Positions 12,551 to 25,900 of a stretch of 64,000 nucleotides of DNA are shown here, one piece after another. Numbering within the stretch: the first letter of the stretch is position 1; every line of letters begins with the position of its first letter. The translations under genes and the position numbers were made by a program. This DNA is from Raillietiella orientalis (taxonomy: Eukaryota). The stretch lies in assembly GCA_036172245.1 (NCBI GenBank), contig JAYWIR010000037.1, forward strand, positions 62,001-126,000. The letters run 5' to 3'. Under the pieces are notes generated by a model. That model made no database searches. It saw only the letters and a list, made by a program, of their open reading frames with translations, and was not told the DNA's origin.

Positions 12551-15500
12551 GGCATCCTTCTGCTTCCCATTGACCCCTCCAGATGCACAGATACTTCCGT
12601 TTCCGGTCCGGCGCCATGTTCTCTTTCTCTCTATTTCTGCTTTTACTGCTTGGGGATGCTGCCTTCGTCTTCTGCCGTTGGTGACCGCTGATGGTGATGT
12701 GGGGAGATCCTCAAACCCTCACTGCGCAGCCTCGAACGCGAGCGCTGCAAGATTCTGTCCTAGGGAAGGGAAGGGGAGAGAGAGAGAAGGGTGCTAGGAC
12801 TCCCCTCATCCCCAAACTGCAGGGATCATGCGTCGGCAGCGCTGTCCCCTTTTTTTTTCGCCTGCGAGTTCGGAATGGGACGTCTTCACAGCTCGGGAAG
12901 AATGAGGAAGAACTGGAAGGGTGCTCAGAACAGTCCCCGGGGTCCAGAGCAGCCCTCGCACGCACTGGATGCACGCTCCATCCTCGAGGAGCGGCTCTCC
13001 CCCTCCCTTTCTGGAACCATAGACGAGGATCCCTTGAGATCCCTGGAGGAAGTCGAAGAGAACCCACTTCGCTACACGCATGCTCCGCGGAGATCTATCG
13101 CTGCAATCCCTGCAGAGCCTTCAGAGGAAGAGGGCAGGAAGGAGACCCGGTTCCCTGTCCTCCCTATGAGGACCCGGACGCCTTCCAAGACCCGCTCTCC
13201 CTCTGTCCTGGGAGACTCGTCCTCGGCAGAAGTGAGAGGCGATGGGAGCTGGAAGGTCCTCAGCCGGCTGCTCGGGGGTCTCTGTGTTACGGTTTGGGAG
13301 ACGCAGTGTCATACGCGCGCACCTCCGACAGGACAAGGGCACTTCTGGTCGAACGACGGGTGTTCCCTTCTTCCATCCAACACGAGTGGATCACCAGGCA
13401 GTCAGAAAGGAGGGAGAGGTTCAAAGGGAAGAGCATTTAGCTTCCCAGCTCCTCCCCACGTCCGGACCACACCATCGGGATCCGTCGCATCCCTGAGCTG
13501 CCCGACGAGCGACCCGCTCGCTGCCGCTGCCCCAACTCCTCCACAGAAGAGTCTTCGGATAGTCCTCCTCAGGACACTCCGACATAGCGGGAGTTCTCCA
13601 AGTGTCATGTGAGCGCGATCGTCTCCGGGAAGTAACAGTGAAGCGGGAAAGGAGCCTAAGTTGAAGGAATGTGACAACAATCTCTGCTTCCACTGTGGAC
13701 TCCCTCTCCTCCCCCCTCTCAAGTCCTCGAAGGCTCCAAAGGTCCGGTTTCGCGATAGGAAGCTCCACACTCACTTGTGAACACCCTCTTCCCTTCTCCC
13801 TTCCCTTCATTATCGACGCGGCCGACACCCGCTTTCTTTCGGGGATGTGCCATCGCACGTGTTTTTTGGATCAGGGCCACGCTCGGCTACTCCCCATCTC
13901 TTCCGCTTCTTGGAACCTCCGAGGTCCGCCTCGCTTCAATTCCTCGATGAAAACACGCGCCGTCTTCCTTTTTCTCCATCCTCTAGAGTAGGATGGAGCA
14001 GGGTCCTCCCTCCCGCTCGAGGAGGGTGCCTGGAATGAGTGACGGCGGTGTGGCAAAGCTAGGAGACTCCATGAACGACGGATGACGGGGGAAGCAGGAG
14101 AGGGATGGATGTCTAACCCAAGGAAAAGAAGCTCTTCATGGCTGGGGGCAAGGAAGAGAAGATCTACCTGCCAGAAGCGGTGCCCTCTCGCATCTCACCC
14201 GAAGGCGGGTGGGATGCGAGAGGATTAGCTGCGGCGGACGGTTCGGTCCGTCATCAGAACACCCTTATTCGGCTCGAGATTGGAAGAGGAAGCAGAAGCG
14301 CGAGATATTTGGAACCGACGAAAGGGGAGGAACCTTTCTGGAAGGAACGTTCATAAGGAGCAAAGGAATGAGCAAGGAACGAAGAAGAGGAATCCGTGGA
14401 AGAGGAGTTGGAGGCAAAGGCTCGTACGAGCCTTCCCACCGGACGCCATGCTACGCCGAAGGAGGGAATTGACTGCTGCTGGAATCCGTTTCTGAATCGC
14501 GGAGCCCCCACACTGGTTATTGGCTATCGGTCACCCAAGCACTCCTCAACATGTACCGTTTTGGCACGCTTCCACGCTGGTAGTTACTCAACAACTAGGC
14601 TCAATGTGCAGCAGTAAACTAGAAGCATCATCATGAGGCTCAGTCGCCGTCCCCTGGGCAATGCTAGCAGCAGGATTTGTGATCCTGAGCAAAGAGTGCA
14701 CAGTTTCTCAAGACTAGTTGGATGTGGTGCCGGCAGTACACCGTACAGTCGTGCTTCCAAGCCAAGCCCCTTCATGTACATCACATTACATCAGTTGCAT
14801 ACGATCGACCAAAAAGTGTGAGAATTCGCTAACAAACAAAAGTCTCCCCAACAAACTTTCCTAAAATTAATCTGGAAAGAAAAATCTTAGTCATTAACAA
14901 GAAATAACTTGCAGCATTTTTCAAATATCCCTCTTTGTGATCATTTAAGAGCGTTTCCTTGAGATAAATCTTTGTCATGCAATTAGACCCAACCAAAGAA
15001 CGTTATGCATACTTTGATGATTTTGATGTTTTATGAAATCATAGGGAGCACTAATTAGTCCTCCTTCAAACTAATTACAAACCGTATATAAATACGAAAA
15101 CTTATGCACATATTTCGGATACGTAATAATTATTATATAATAATTTTTAACTGGATGCACACACGGAAATGAAACACCATAAAGAGTTTTCTTTTCTATT
15201 CTTCCCTAACTTGAGGGATTCTTCTAAAATAAATTGCATTACGTTCTTAAAGAATTCATCCATTTGCAGAGCATTACGAATGTACATCGTGTCATCTGGA
15301 GCTTATAAATTCGAGCATATCTCTGGTTTCCTGTTCGCAATATCGTCAATATTTGTTATGTCAATGCTGTCAGAAAAAGGAGCGTTGGAGTTTTTTCACT
15401 TTTGATTTGATATAAGGAGGTAATACGTCGGTCTGGATGAATTAGTTCTAGAAACAATGCATAATTCAAGTGATTCGAGATAATGTCTCAAATGTCAAGC

Positions 15501-18315
15501 TAAAGGAAGTTCGTGTTTTTAAAATTGCAAGAGGTCTCACTAGCCATTATAATTGATATAACTTTAGGAACAAACTATTCTTATGAGATTAAGAAATTTA
15601 GTGAATAAAGGGTCTATTTAGTGAATTCTCACATCTTGCTCTTGTTATTAAAATTTTACTTTTAATTATAAAAATCGGAAGTAAAATATACAATAAAAAA
15701 AGTTGCATATACTATATATTAAATACTGTATATGTACATTTAGATAGCATTCCCCATTTTGGGAATTCGCAAATAACTGCGTACCAAAATAGTATGGACA
15801 AGAATTTTTTCATAAACTCACGACCAAGAAGGATTCCTCTCGAAAAATATCCACCGTAATTTGCTTACCAATGTTGCTATTAAGAACGAAATGTACCAAA
15901 AGAACAGATAAAAACTGTGGTAAATAATGTTGAAAGTGGGATCAAAGAGAATTTAGAACGGAAAGCGGTTCCATTTACTGCATTGCATTTATTTATTTTT
16001 TTCCAGGTGTCGCTGATTGCTATTTAATTTCGCTTTCATCATGTGGACTGTGTCTCGTTATCCACAAAAAGGGGAGCCACATTCAATTTTTAGTACAATA
16101 CTAATAAAACGCGAAAAGTGATAATACACCTAATAGAATTTTCTTTATGTAATACATATTCGGTAAAATGCAGTGTAATTAATTTAATGGTCAGTCAGTT
16201 CAACTGACTCAGAAATTATTAAATGCTCTGAAATACGTTCCAAGAATGAAAAACCATTAGGAAGCAAATACTTATTGGGAAAACGGTTCCGTGCAGTCAC
16301 TTTCGATTAAAGTAGACTTTCAGTCCATATTCAAATCTTGATTTACATGTAAAAATGACCTAACTCATCCAAACTGAACTCGTGCATTACACGAGCATTT
16401 TCCGCTGACCAAAAGATTGCAAATTCAAGTCCGCAATCTACATAGCATCGCCGAGTAAAGCAGAGGATCTTGAAAATGTTTACAACGGTTTCGGTGAAAA
16501 AAATTATGCACTCATTTTGCATCGATCAAAGAGGTAAACCGTTACGTTAGATTGTTGATTAAAGATGTTTTTCTCCCTTTTTCATAACTTTGGATCATTA
16601 TTAAATCTGGATTCTTCTTTCATCTAAGTCAGATAGTCTCCAGAAAAAATGTAACAGAAATATCGGACTGTTGTTTTTGAGTACGGTTTCTTCCTAGAGG
16701 TATATGGAGCACTGGTACATAGAAAATAATATTAAAGCAGTATATCCTCATAACAAAATTGAAACTAAACTAACGAGCATAGAATGAAATCTTCAGGAAC
16801 ATGAAATTAAATAAACTCCAGATTACTGCAAGCAAGATAAGTTTGTGATTAAGTGCAACTCAAGATGATCACTTTCTATGAAAACACAGTGATAGGAACA
16901 TACATAGAAAACACAAATCTTAATCTTTTTTAAATCTCTACCAATGGCATCTATGCGATTACATTAGGTTGGTAGTACTTTGGTAACAAGACCACTGCAA
17001 ATAAAAAAAAAATCTGAGGCTCTATCAATTGTGCTCATACTCGTAAATAATTTTTTGTAAGAATTCAGCTGTTGATCATAAATGTGGGTACATGTGTTGA
17101 TGTTGAATTCAATCAATATAAAACAAGCTGCTCCCAAAAACAAACAATTCCATAATTCTATCTTGAGATTGCAGGAACGAAATTCAAAACAGTTACTATA
17201 GAAATACAGATTTTAGAAAAACTGCTTTGGTAAGCATGATGAGAGTGGAATTGCTTAATTTGTGATGTGTACTGGTTTTTAACATGCAGATTAAAGTAGT
17301 GGTGGATTTTGCTCTATTTTAGAAACTGAAGCGTCGTATGCAAAAGCGTTATTAGTGTCGAGTTCTTCCATTTTAACGTTTGGTACAATGACAGTCAATG
17401 AAGGTGGAATACAAAGTGCGAGTTTCTTGAGCACGAAAATCTCAAGTCTCAAACGTCTTGCGGAATGTACGTCGCTGGAATATAAGGCACTGTACGTCCG
17501 GTTTATAAATGGCAAAGTATTGCATGCAAAGTATTGTGGTTGTTTGCTTCCTTCCGTGCAGGAAACAGCTCCGTAAATAAGGAGTAAAAAACCGCTTTTG
17601 ATCTTGAAGGATTTTTGTTCGAAAATACTATTTGCATGCCCATGATCTTGACTTTACGATCAGAATATACCATTTTAAGTTCAGTGCATGGAACAGCACT
17701 TGCAGTTAAATGTGAATACTAAAAAGCTTAAAATTTAATTAAGTCGGTAGTAGACAAATGTGCTAATAAACGAAAACATTTCGCAGAGCTTCATTTATGC
17801 TCAGTAGACAGGAACAATGGTAAGCATGCTTTGCACAATTGAATTTCAGCAAACAGATAAAGAGTAAAATGCGTTCCTCTATTAAGTAAATTCAACTGGA
17901 CAATCCTTATCAATTTGGTTTGAAGAGTATGCAGCAAATAACCTACTTTGATAAACCAAAGATTAGAAATACTTTTACATAAAAATACTTGGTTAAATGG
18001 CACCTCTTCAGGGATAAATGATAAAATCTGAATTACCAGATTTTGTACATTTCTTAGTTGTAGATGCACAAATTATAATCACGAATTTTCACATTAAAAA
18101 AAAATCTGAAACCAGGCTCAACAATGTTTATAAGTTCAGTAGCCAAAACAATTATCTTTTAGCATTTTTTGGAATGGTTACATTGTGTATCAAGAGACAA
18201 AGCATCATGATACATTTAAATTCATTATATTCTTTATTTTTTGCAATGTCTGAATTCCTTATCAGTGACTACTGATAAAAGAATTGGTTGCAAGTTCTCC
18301 ATAGAATTAAATATC

Positions 18316-21005
18316 CTATTCCACTATTTTTAGTACTTTGCCGATGGCAATTGTTTTCCCTTCATCTCTTAGCGTAAACCGGCCCATGTGAGGGAATTCC
18401 TTGAAGGTTTCGAGGCAAATAATACCAGCAGTCTCTAATCTCATGATAGCAATTTGGTCTTGCTTTACAAATCGTGGACGTGTTTTAGATTTCTCTCCAG
18501 TTTTTTTATCAATTAGGCAGAGGAGCGACTGTGGTCCAAATAAAATATTTAAAGCTTTCCAGCTGACCTTACCTTTAAGGTGACTTCTTCTGCTAGGGTA
18601 TGTATGTGACATACTGCAGAGTAACCAGGACATATAATACTTTTATGCTCCAAAATGACTACTTGTGCATCAAAAATACGGCCTGTTTGGCAACAGCCCA
18701 AGGGATCACACAAAACAAAACCAGGTGAAACATCATCTTCTTCAATTCCTTTAAGACGAATTTTTACATTTTCACCTGAAGATACAGACGTAACATCATC
18801 GTCATCTGACCAGAGCTGATCTACCACAACAGGAGTCTGGGCAAAAATATGAACTTCATAGACAAGACAAAAAACTTACTCTATTGGGGAGCAGCAAAAG
18901 AGCTTGACCTTTTCTAGCTGTGCCACGCTCCACTTTACCTAACACTACAGTGCCCATATCTTTGTATTTGTCAACTACAGGCAGAAGGAAAGGAGCATTA
19001 GCATTGCGATTGAGACATGGGAGACTGTCAATGTAATCAATAAAAGATGGTCCCCTGAAAAGTTTCTCAAAAACCACTCATGACGAATTTGATCATTTAC
19101 CTGTACCAAGGACACAACTCAGGTTCACAAATTTCCTGCAGATTTGTTCCAGCTAACCCAGAACATGGAATAAAATGTAAATCATTTTTAGGATTGAATC
19201 CCAGTTTTTTCAAATACGGAATAAGTTTATCTTTGCATTCATTGTATCTATCTTCAGACCATTCAACAGTGGGATCATCCATTTTATTAATCAGAATTAT
19301 GAGATGCTTGACACCAGCAGTCTTAGCCAGCATGGCATGTTCCCGAGTTTGCCCACCCTTTTCAAAACCTGTTTCAAATTCACCTTTTCTGGCAGATATA
19401 ACCTATAAAGTTTTCTGCTAAAATTTATGACAAAGAATTTATACATACAAGCACTGCCAGATCTGCCTGAGATGCTCCTCCAATCATGTTGGGTACAAAG
19501 CTACGATGCCCAGGAGCATCCAAAATAGTGAAATGTTTTCTTTCTGTCTCAAAGTATGCACGACCAACTTCTACTGTTTTACCTTTATCTCGTTCTTCCA
19601 AAAAACAAAAACAAAATGCAATCACAAACTTGATATCAGAATTTACCTTCTAGATTGGTGTCCAGAGCCCAGGAGAGGTACCATGTTTCACGGTTCTTTT
19701 CTTTGGCTTCCCTCTCATATTTCTCTAGAGTGCGTTTGTCTACCATTCCAGTTAAATACATTATTTGTCCACCAATGGTGGATTTGCCTGCATCTGAAAC
19801 AGATTCAAAAAATTCATTCACAGTGTTCAATGAAATCAAATGCTTACCAACATGGCCAATAAACACAACATTGACATGCTCCTTTTTACTTTTATTTTCT
19901 TTTCGCTGTGGTTTCATTTTTTGTCGAACCACTTTTTCACCATCGCCGTCTTCTTCGATTAGTTCTATTTCCTCCTCTTCTTCATTATCAGGAGTCCTGC
20001 AAAAGCAGTTACAGATATAACTGACTAAATGTCAATTCTTATAAATATCTTGCCTCAGATCCAAATCAGCTGCATCTTCCCAGCTATCAGTGCCGCTTAT
20101 TAATCGATCTATATTATCAGATGGAGTAGTGGCAGAAGATGCTGATTCAACTACACCATTTCTTGACACATCATCTGCATCTGTAAATATATTGTAAACA
20201 ACAAATCCACTGTTAATGTTTCAAACTTAGAAATTACTTCAACACTTGTACCATACGTGGAAGATAATGTTCAATGTTCACAAACCTTCCTATAACAATG
20301 ATAAAATAACTGGACACAAAACAATATGAATCAAATACGCGAATTAGTGTTTTTCGAACCAAGTAAGCAAGCATACTATAACAATGCATGGACAATACTT
20401 TGAATCCTAAAAATAACGTAAGTAATCAGATGTAAAATAGGAAAACTGAGGTGTTTTTTTTTTTACTTTAAAGACATTAAGATCCAGTAAAATATAATGT
20501 TTTTCTACCAAATAATTTTGCATATGTTAAGAAATAATTTATACACTCAGCAAATTGAAACAATAAACATAATCATCATGCACTATACACTTTCACATAG
20601 AAAGTTTGATGAGAACATTATCCAGTTTGTTCAATTTTTGAAAGCGACTGAACGAATTAACCATTTTTCAACCTGCTGGATAGCCTTTAGGAAGGTGGAG
20701 AATTTATCATGTAAACTCCACGTACTTACAGGTTCTCTGTGCACTTTATCGAAAACTAATGAAAAGCAGACTTGCAACACCATGCACATATACTAGAGAT
20801 TATTACCTGGCTTTACTTCTGAAGAGTGTGATTCCTTTCCAAACTGAGAGGCGATGGAAGAACTACTCAAATTTGGAATGAAGGGAGCTGCATTAACATT
20901 AAGATTTGAAAATGCAGAGGCCGTGGAATTCATTGTGAAATCTAAAAGCGTCACATCTGAGTCCCAACTATCGGCTGTGATACTATCATTCTTATTATCA
21001 TTCAT
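18316..21005 (-). CDS. GSPT1: Eukaryotic peptide chain release factor GTP-binding subunit eRF3, 9 exons, ~573 aa
   Basis: PAM2-like [34 protein letters not shown]-loop; [25 protein letters not shown]-terminal [19 protein letters not shown]. Exons 21005-20807, 20180-20054, 19996-19848, 19793-19647, 19594-19449, 19402-19101, 19054-18880, 18836-18573, 18528-18316 (1722 nt). Confidence 0.97.
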
Positions 21006-22950
21006 GACTAACAGTACTAACAGTCTTCAAAAGGTGTTAATGTCTAAATACAATTTATTTTTAAAGAACTCTAGTTATTACAGTTTACATATACAAAGTA
21101 TCTTACACAATAATATCGTTTTATTACATAATTGTCAGGATTACTTATTAGATAAAGTCTCATATGCACACTACTTTTTTTTTCATTTTATTACACACAG
21201 AAGAAGCGTACGTTACAACATAACCACACGTCCTCTTCGCTGATGAACTCAACTCACATATGATCTAGAGATCCCAATATTATCAAACAGGAAAAGCTCA
21301 CAGTAATATTAACATTAATTTCCCTAAATTTAAATTCCTATGATCATTAGAATCAAATATTGGGAAGAAATAGCTGCCATTAAAGATCCTTTTTACTAAA
21401 TAGAGAATAAAGGGGTCATATTGTGCCATATAATGTGCTTAATAATCGTACGAAACTCGGAAACTTCTTGAGGTGTTTATAGATATTGTAGGTATTTAGA
21501 GATATTCTTGTGTGCATAATTTGTGGGTAATTTGTTTCTTTTTATGCCCATAAAACCATTTATTTTCAACATTTTTTTTTAATAAATGACGCCACATGCT
21601 GTACTGTTTTTTTATTCCATGTTTTTTTTTTTTTTAATGTCTGCTTTCATTCAATAGGCAAAATGACTTTCACTTCAATCTAGTGCACTCTGAAAGTCTT
21701 CATCTGAAATAAATCTACAGAATTAGAAGTTCTTTTCTTTGCATCCCTTTTGATAGTTTCGTAACATCTAGCAATAGTTACGAACTACTGATCTATTATT
21801 TCCACATTTCGACTTCGATTTTCAGTACATTATGTTCCTTGTAGGAAGATGAAACCTTGAGAAATCACAAAACCATCCTTAATTTGCTTCCATGTTTTCA
21901 TGCTTCAATGGAAAAATGCTTTCCTGCAGTAAATTTGCAAGAAATAATTACCTTTTATAAGTTGATTGTTCACATTCGCATCTAGCTTACAAAAATGTAC
22001 TAAAATTAAAAATAAAGATTTTATGGATTCAGAACGTTTAAGATCTTCATCCATTAAGATCCATATTCAGATTTTGAATCCTCGACAGATTTTCTATTAG
22101 ACGATGCTGAGTTTAGTTATTCTCACAAAATAACAAAACACTTTGACTACAAGAACCAAATATTATTCTTTTCTTCTCATTAGCTAGGTACTTTTTTGAA
22201 GAGCATCTGTTCAAAATGAGATGTGAGAGATTTTGTCAGTTTGGGTCATGAAGACATCTTACCTATCGTCTCGGATGAAAGAATTCAGTGCTTTTTTAAA
22301 TCGACCTCTTGGTTTGCAAAGCATTGCATCCAAGTACATAAATAGTTAAATTCCTGAAAAATGTACATTTTGGCCCCTATTGGAAAGTATCAGATTGGAT
22401 CTTATCAGTACATTAAGGATCAATGAATTACAACGAATCGATCAATCAATTTTACTAAAGAATCCACAAACTAAGCGTAGTTCTTATGTAATCGTGATGA
22501 AAACACAAGTAATGTGCATTCATGATTTCATATATCCAAGGAAATTATCATCTTTGGTTTGCATTGATCGCTGTTATTCTCTTTTGTGCAGGTACTTGCT
22601 CATCCATCACGCGAAAGCATCAATAGCATGTTTCTTTAACACTTACAATAACATATCTCTTTTACATTAATTCGTGATATCCTCATCACAAAATCATGAG
22701 AACTTCCGAATTTCCCAATGCAGAATCGCACAAGTTTTGATTATTATGTCATACAAAACGAATTTCAATCATTTCTACAGTAACCTTCCACCATAAAAGC
22801 AAACCACATATTTCTCACAATTGCAGGATCACTAAATACAGACTTATATTGGAGGAGAAAAAAAAAGAGACAGGATTAGATTTTCGTTTAAATGGTATCT
22901 TCGAACTAGTCACTAAATTAATTGATTGAAAAATTGAGCATTGGAAAGAT

Positions 22951-22993
22951 TTGCAACCATTGTGCAACCATTGCAAACATTGTACGACCATTG
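22951..22993. repeat. Imperfect short tandem repeat (TGCAACCATTG-like, ~4 units)
   Basis: ttgcaaccattgtgcaaccattgcaaacattgtacgaccattg. Confidence 0.8.
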
Positions 22994-25399
22994 ATCAAAA
23001 GTGATAGTGAATACCAGAATGTGTAACATATGAAGAATCAAGGAAGATAAGTCACATATGGACAATATGTGGGAGAACAAGTTCTGTTTGTAAGTCTGAG
23101 AAAAGTTTTACAGAACTAAAAAATCATTTGTGGTTTTGTGATGAATGAAAAAGTAGAGAACAGAATTCACTTCACCTTCGAGATGAACGTCGCAAATATT
23201 GTAAAGTGGAAATAACACATAATGTCTCTTTTTTTGGAATTAGTGATTCAACCAGACTGTGAACAAGATAAGAACCATTAAGTTTAACAACCATGAAAAA
23301 ATAACTCGTATCTTCAACGGTCCAATTGTTCTTGGAAATACTTTCGTAAAAAGGATGATAAAAACCAAACGGTGGGCTAATCTTCCTCATCAAACAATTT
23401 AAACAAGATGGTGATTTTTTTTATCAACTTTTGTATGATCATGTTGATGCCTTCTTGACTTCTTTTGATGCATCAAAATTTTGAAGCGCACTTACATGCT
23501 TTATAAGAAACAATCTCATTCATTTTATACTCTAAGAATTCCAATTCTGAAACATGAGGGCGCTGAGTACCACGATGCTTTTTACATGACTTTACAGTAA
23601 AGTGGAATCTTGATCACAGATCCTAGTGTACAATAGGAATGAGTTTTCTTAGGTGCAAAGTGGAGCTTATTCTGAGTCGAAGTCTTCGCAGTTATGCCTG
23701 ATCTCCATAATTTTCTGTTTAAGCAAATGAGATCAGCTGCTGCTCTTCTACTTGATTAAACGAATAAGTCCGCTGAAATTCAGTCTCGAATAAATATGAT
23801 CAAAACTTGGAATTTGCCTAATCGCATTCATGATATGAATACATAACTTGTGTTAATTGGGAATGCCCGAAAGCATATTTCCAAAGCTGAACTTGGGATG
23901 ATCATCTTTATATCCAACAATTCAGTTGTAAGATATTCTCGATATGAAAGACGCAGAAAACATGCGCAGCATATCGCTTTTGCGAAAACCTGATAAGACT
24001 GGTTGCCTTTTAGATTTAACATGGAGAATTTGAGATTCTAAGGTCCTTTACCCAGGGAGGCTGTGAAAGTATTGTCCATTTCTCGGATATCAGTTCGGTG
24101 CTGGAACGAATGCTATGAAAGTATCAACCACGAAAACAATAAACCGGAACGAATGCATGAAGAATAAAGGCTCTACAAGAATGCGTATAATGGTGACGTG
24201 AATGATAATGAGCGACTCACCTCGAATCTCCACTGTAATCCATGAAATCCCAGAATTGCGCTTCTGCGATGATGGATAATGGGGATATCCGTCGTAGATT
24301 CTCGATGAAAACTTGACCAGACCGTTTTTCGCCAGAAGGAAGCGCCGTATTAACGAGAATGGTGGTTTTTTTCATGTTCTGGCTGCTAATCTCTGGAGCA
24401 ATCATCTGGCTAATGAGGTTCGAGTGTGCAAGTCAGCTGATCTGTCAAGATCATAATTCTCATGATTGATCAAAAATCTCCACTTTGCTCTAACAGATTC
24501 CGTTCTTTTTGGCATGAGGATGAATGTCACAGTTTTGACCCCGGCCAAGTTTCCTCATTTTTCAGCTAAGAAGCAAGGTGCTGCAGCAAATCTCCTCAGC
24601 AGAGTTTCTCCGTACGGAAACTGGAGCCCCGCTTCGAATTGAGATCCTTCTCCCACTCAGAGGAATCACAGTTGATCCACTTCTGATTCATCAACCATGA
24701 ATCGCAATGAATGCTGCTTTTTTGAAGTTCTGTGCATACAGTCGAAACCTAAAGAGCGAGCAAGACACTCTTTTTTCTTTCCTGAATCTGGAATCTGGAA
24801 AAACATTTTGAATACTAATCTCCAGGAGAAATTTTTTGATCAGATGTGCCAGAATGCATCCTTGACGGGGCTGGATGATACATGTTGAAATCAAATGCAC
24901 GGGTTTGCCCACGAACTGCTCGCGCGCGCAGCCATGTTGTCACGTGACAAAGTGTCAATCTAGGAGGACAAGGCGAAGACTTCAGCGTTGCTTTCCAAAG
25001 AGCTGCACCGCCACTCTGAGGCCAGAAATTTTTTTCGTATAGACGCTAAAGTGTGGTGCATCTGTAGCTGCTCTCGAAATCAGAACAGGTGGCATATGTG
25101 GCATATGTTTTATTGCGTGTGCATTGCACGCTTCGCACAAATGAGAAAGGTTTCTCATGGCAAGCAAGGGAAGCGGGATGGCACAAGGTGATCAGACCAG
25201 TGTCGGTTTCTTAGATCCCAATACAAAGATGCGTTGTAATCAGATTTCATCTCGAATCATCGAAAAGATGGTTCGGGGGAGATTGGTGATTGGAGGGGAA
25301 AAAAGGAAAGTTAGTGAAGCCATGGAGGAGAAAGAGGAAAGCTGGAAAGATCCAAAATCATCATAGCGAATAATTTCTTTTTAGGGAAGGTCAAATGAG

Positions 25400-25900
25400 T
25401 CTTTTTGAAGCGTCGATTGTTTTAATTTAGAGAGATGAGAAGAGATAAGCGCCTGCACATTCAAGCTCCCCTCGTAGTCGTAAACGTGTAGCAGCACCAA
25501 AATCGTGCGCGCTCATTCTATGAAGCATCCAGAAGGCAGAAGAGGAAATCTTTCCTTTATCTCGGTAGCTATCACTCTTGGAGATATGATACAAACAAGT
25601 ATAAGTATCGGAAGTGAGACACAGACCACTCGTGTATGTATCAGTTTGAAACTTGGGAGTTCTCGTTGGGCTATCACGTTTTCTTTACCTCAGTCTACTG
25701 AGGATTAAAGCTATATACCAACAGACCCAAGAGACGGAGTGAGCATACATTCACCCTTCCGGGGTACGAATCAGAAGACCACTTCTCCCATTATCATTTT
25801 AAGAGTTTGTACTTTTCATCATTTTCGAAAAAGCCATGCCTCATCAGGAGACCTCTCAAAATGCTGGAAAACAGTGCAGAAGATGACAGGTATAAAGAAA
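25400..25900 (-). mobile_element. Decayed LINE RT remnant
   Basis: AF*EVS**GMAFSKM (cf. AFDKVWHDGL.YKL), GECMLTPSL (cf. QGSVLSPTL) and MLHRMSAHDFGAAT (cf. L..L.G..WGA) occur in the expected order. Confidence 0.35.

Noticed and set aside
10267..14617. Many overlapping 100-290 aa ORFs on both strands (e.g. 11274-12137, 12691-13440, 12791-13612)
   Set aside because: Expected stop-codon scarcity in GC-rich DNA; no recognisable domains and no phase-consistent splice chain found.
20545..20580. Box C-like ATGATGA followed by CTGA in eRF3 intron 1 (- strand)
   Set aside because: The boxes are only ~22 nt apart, with no terminal stem, no suitably placed second D box and no recognisable rRNA complementarity.
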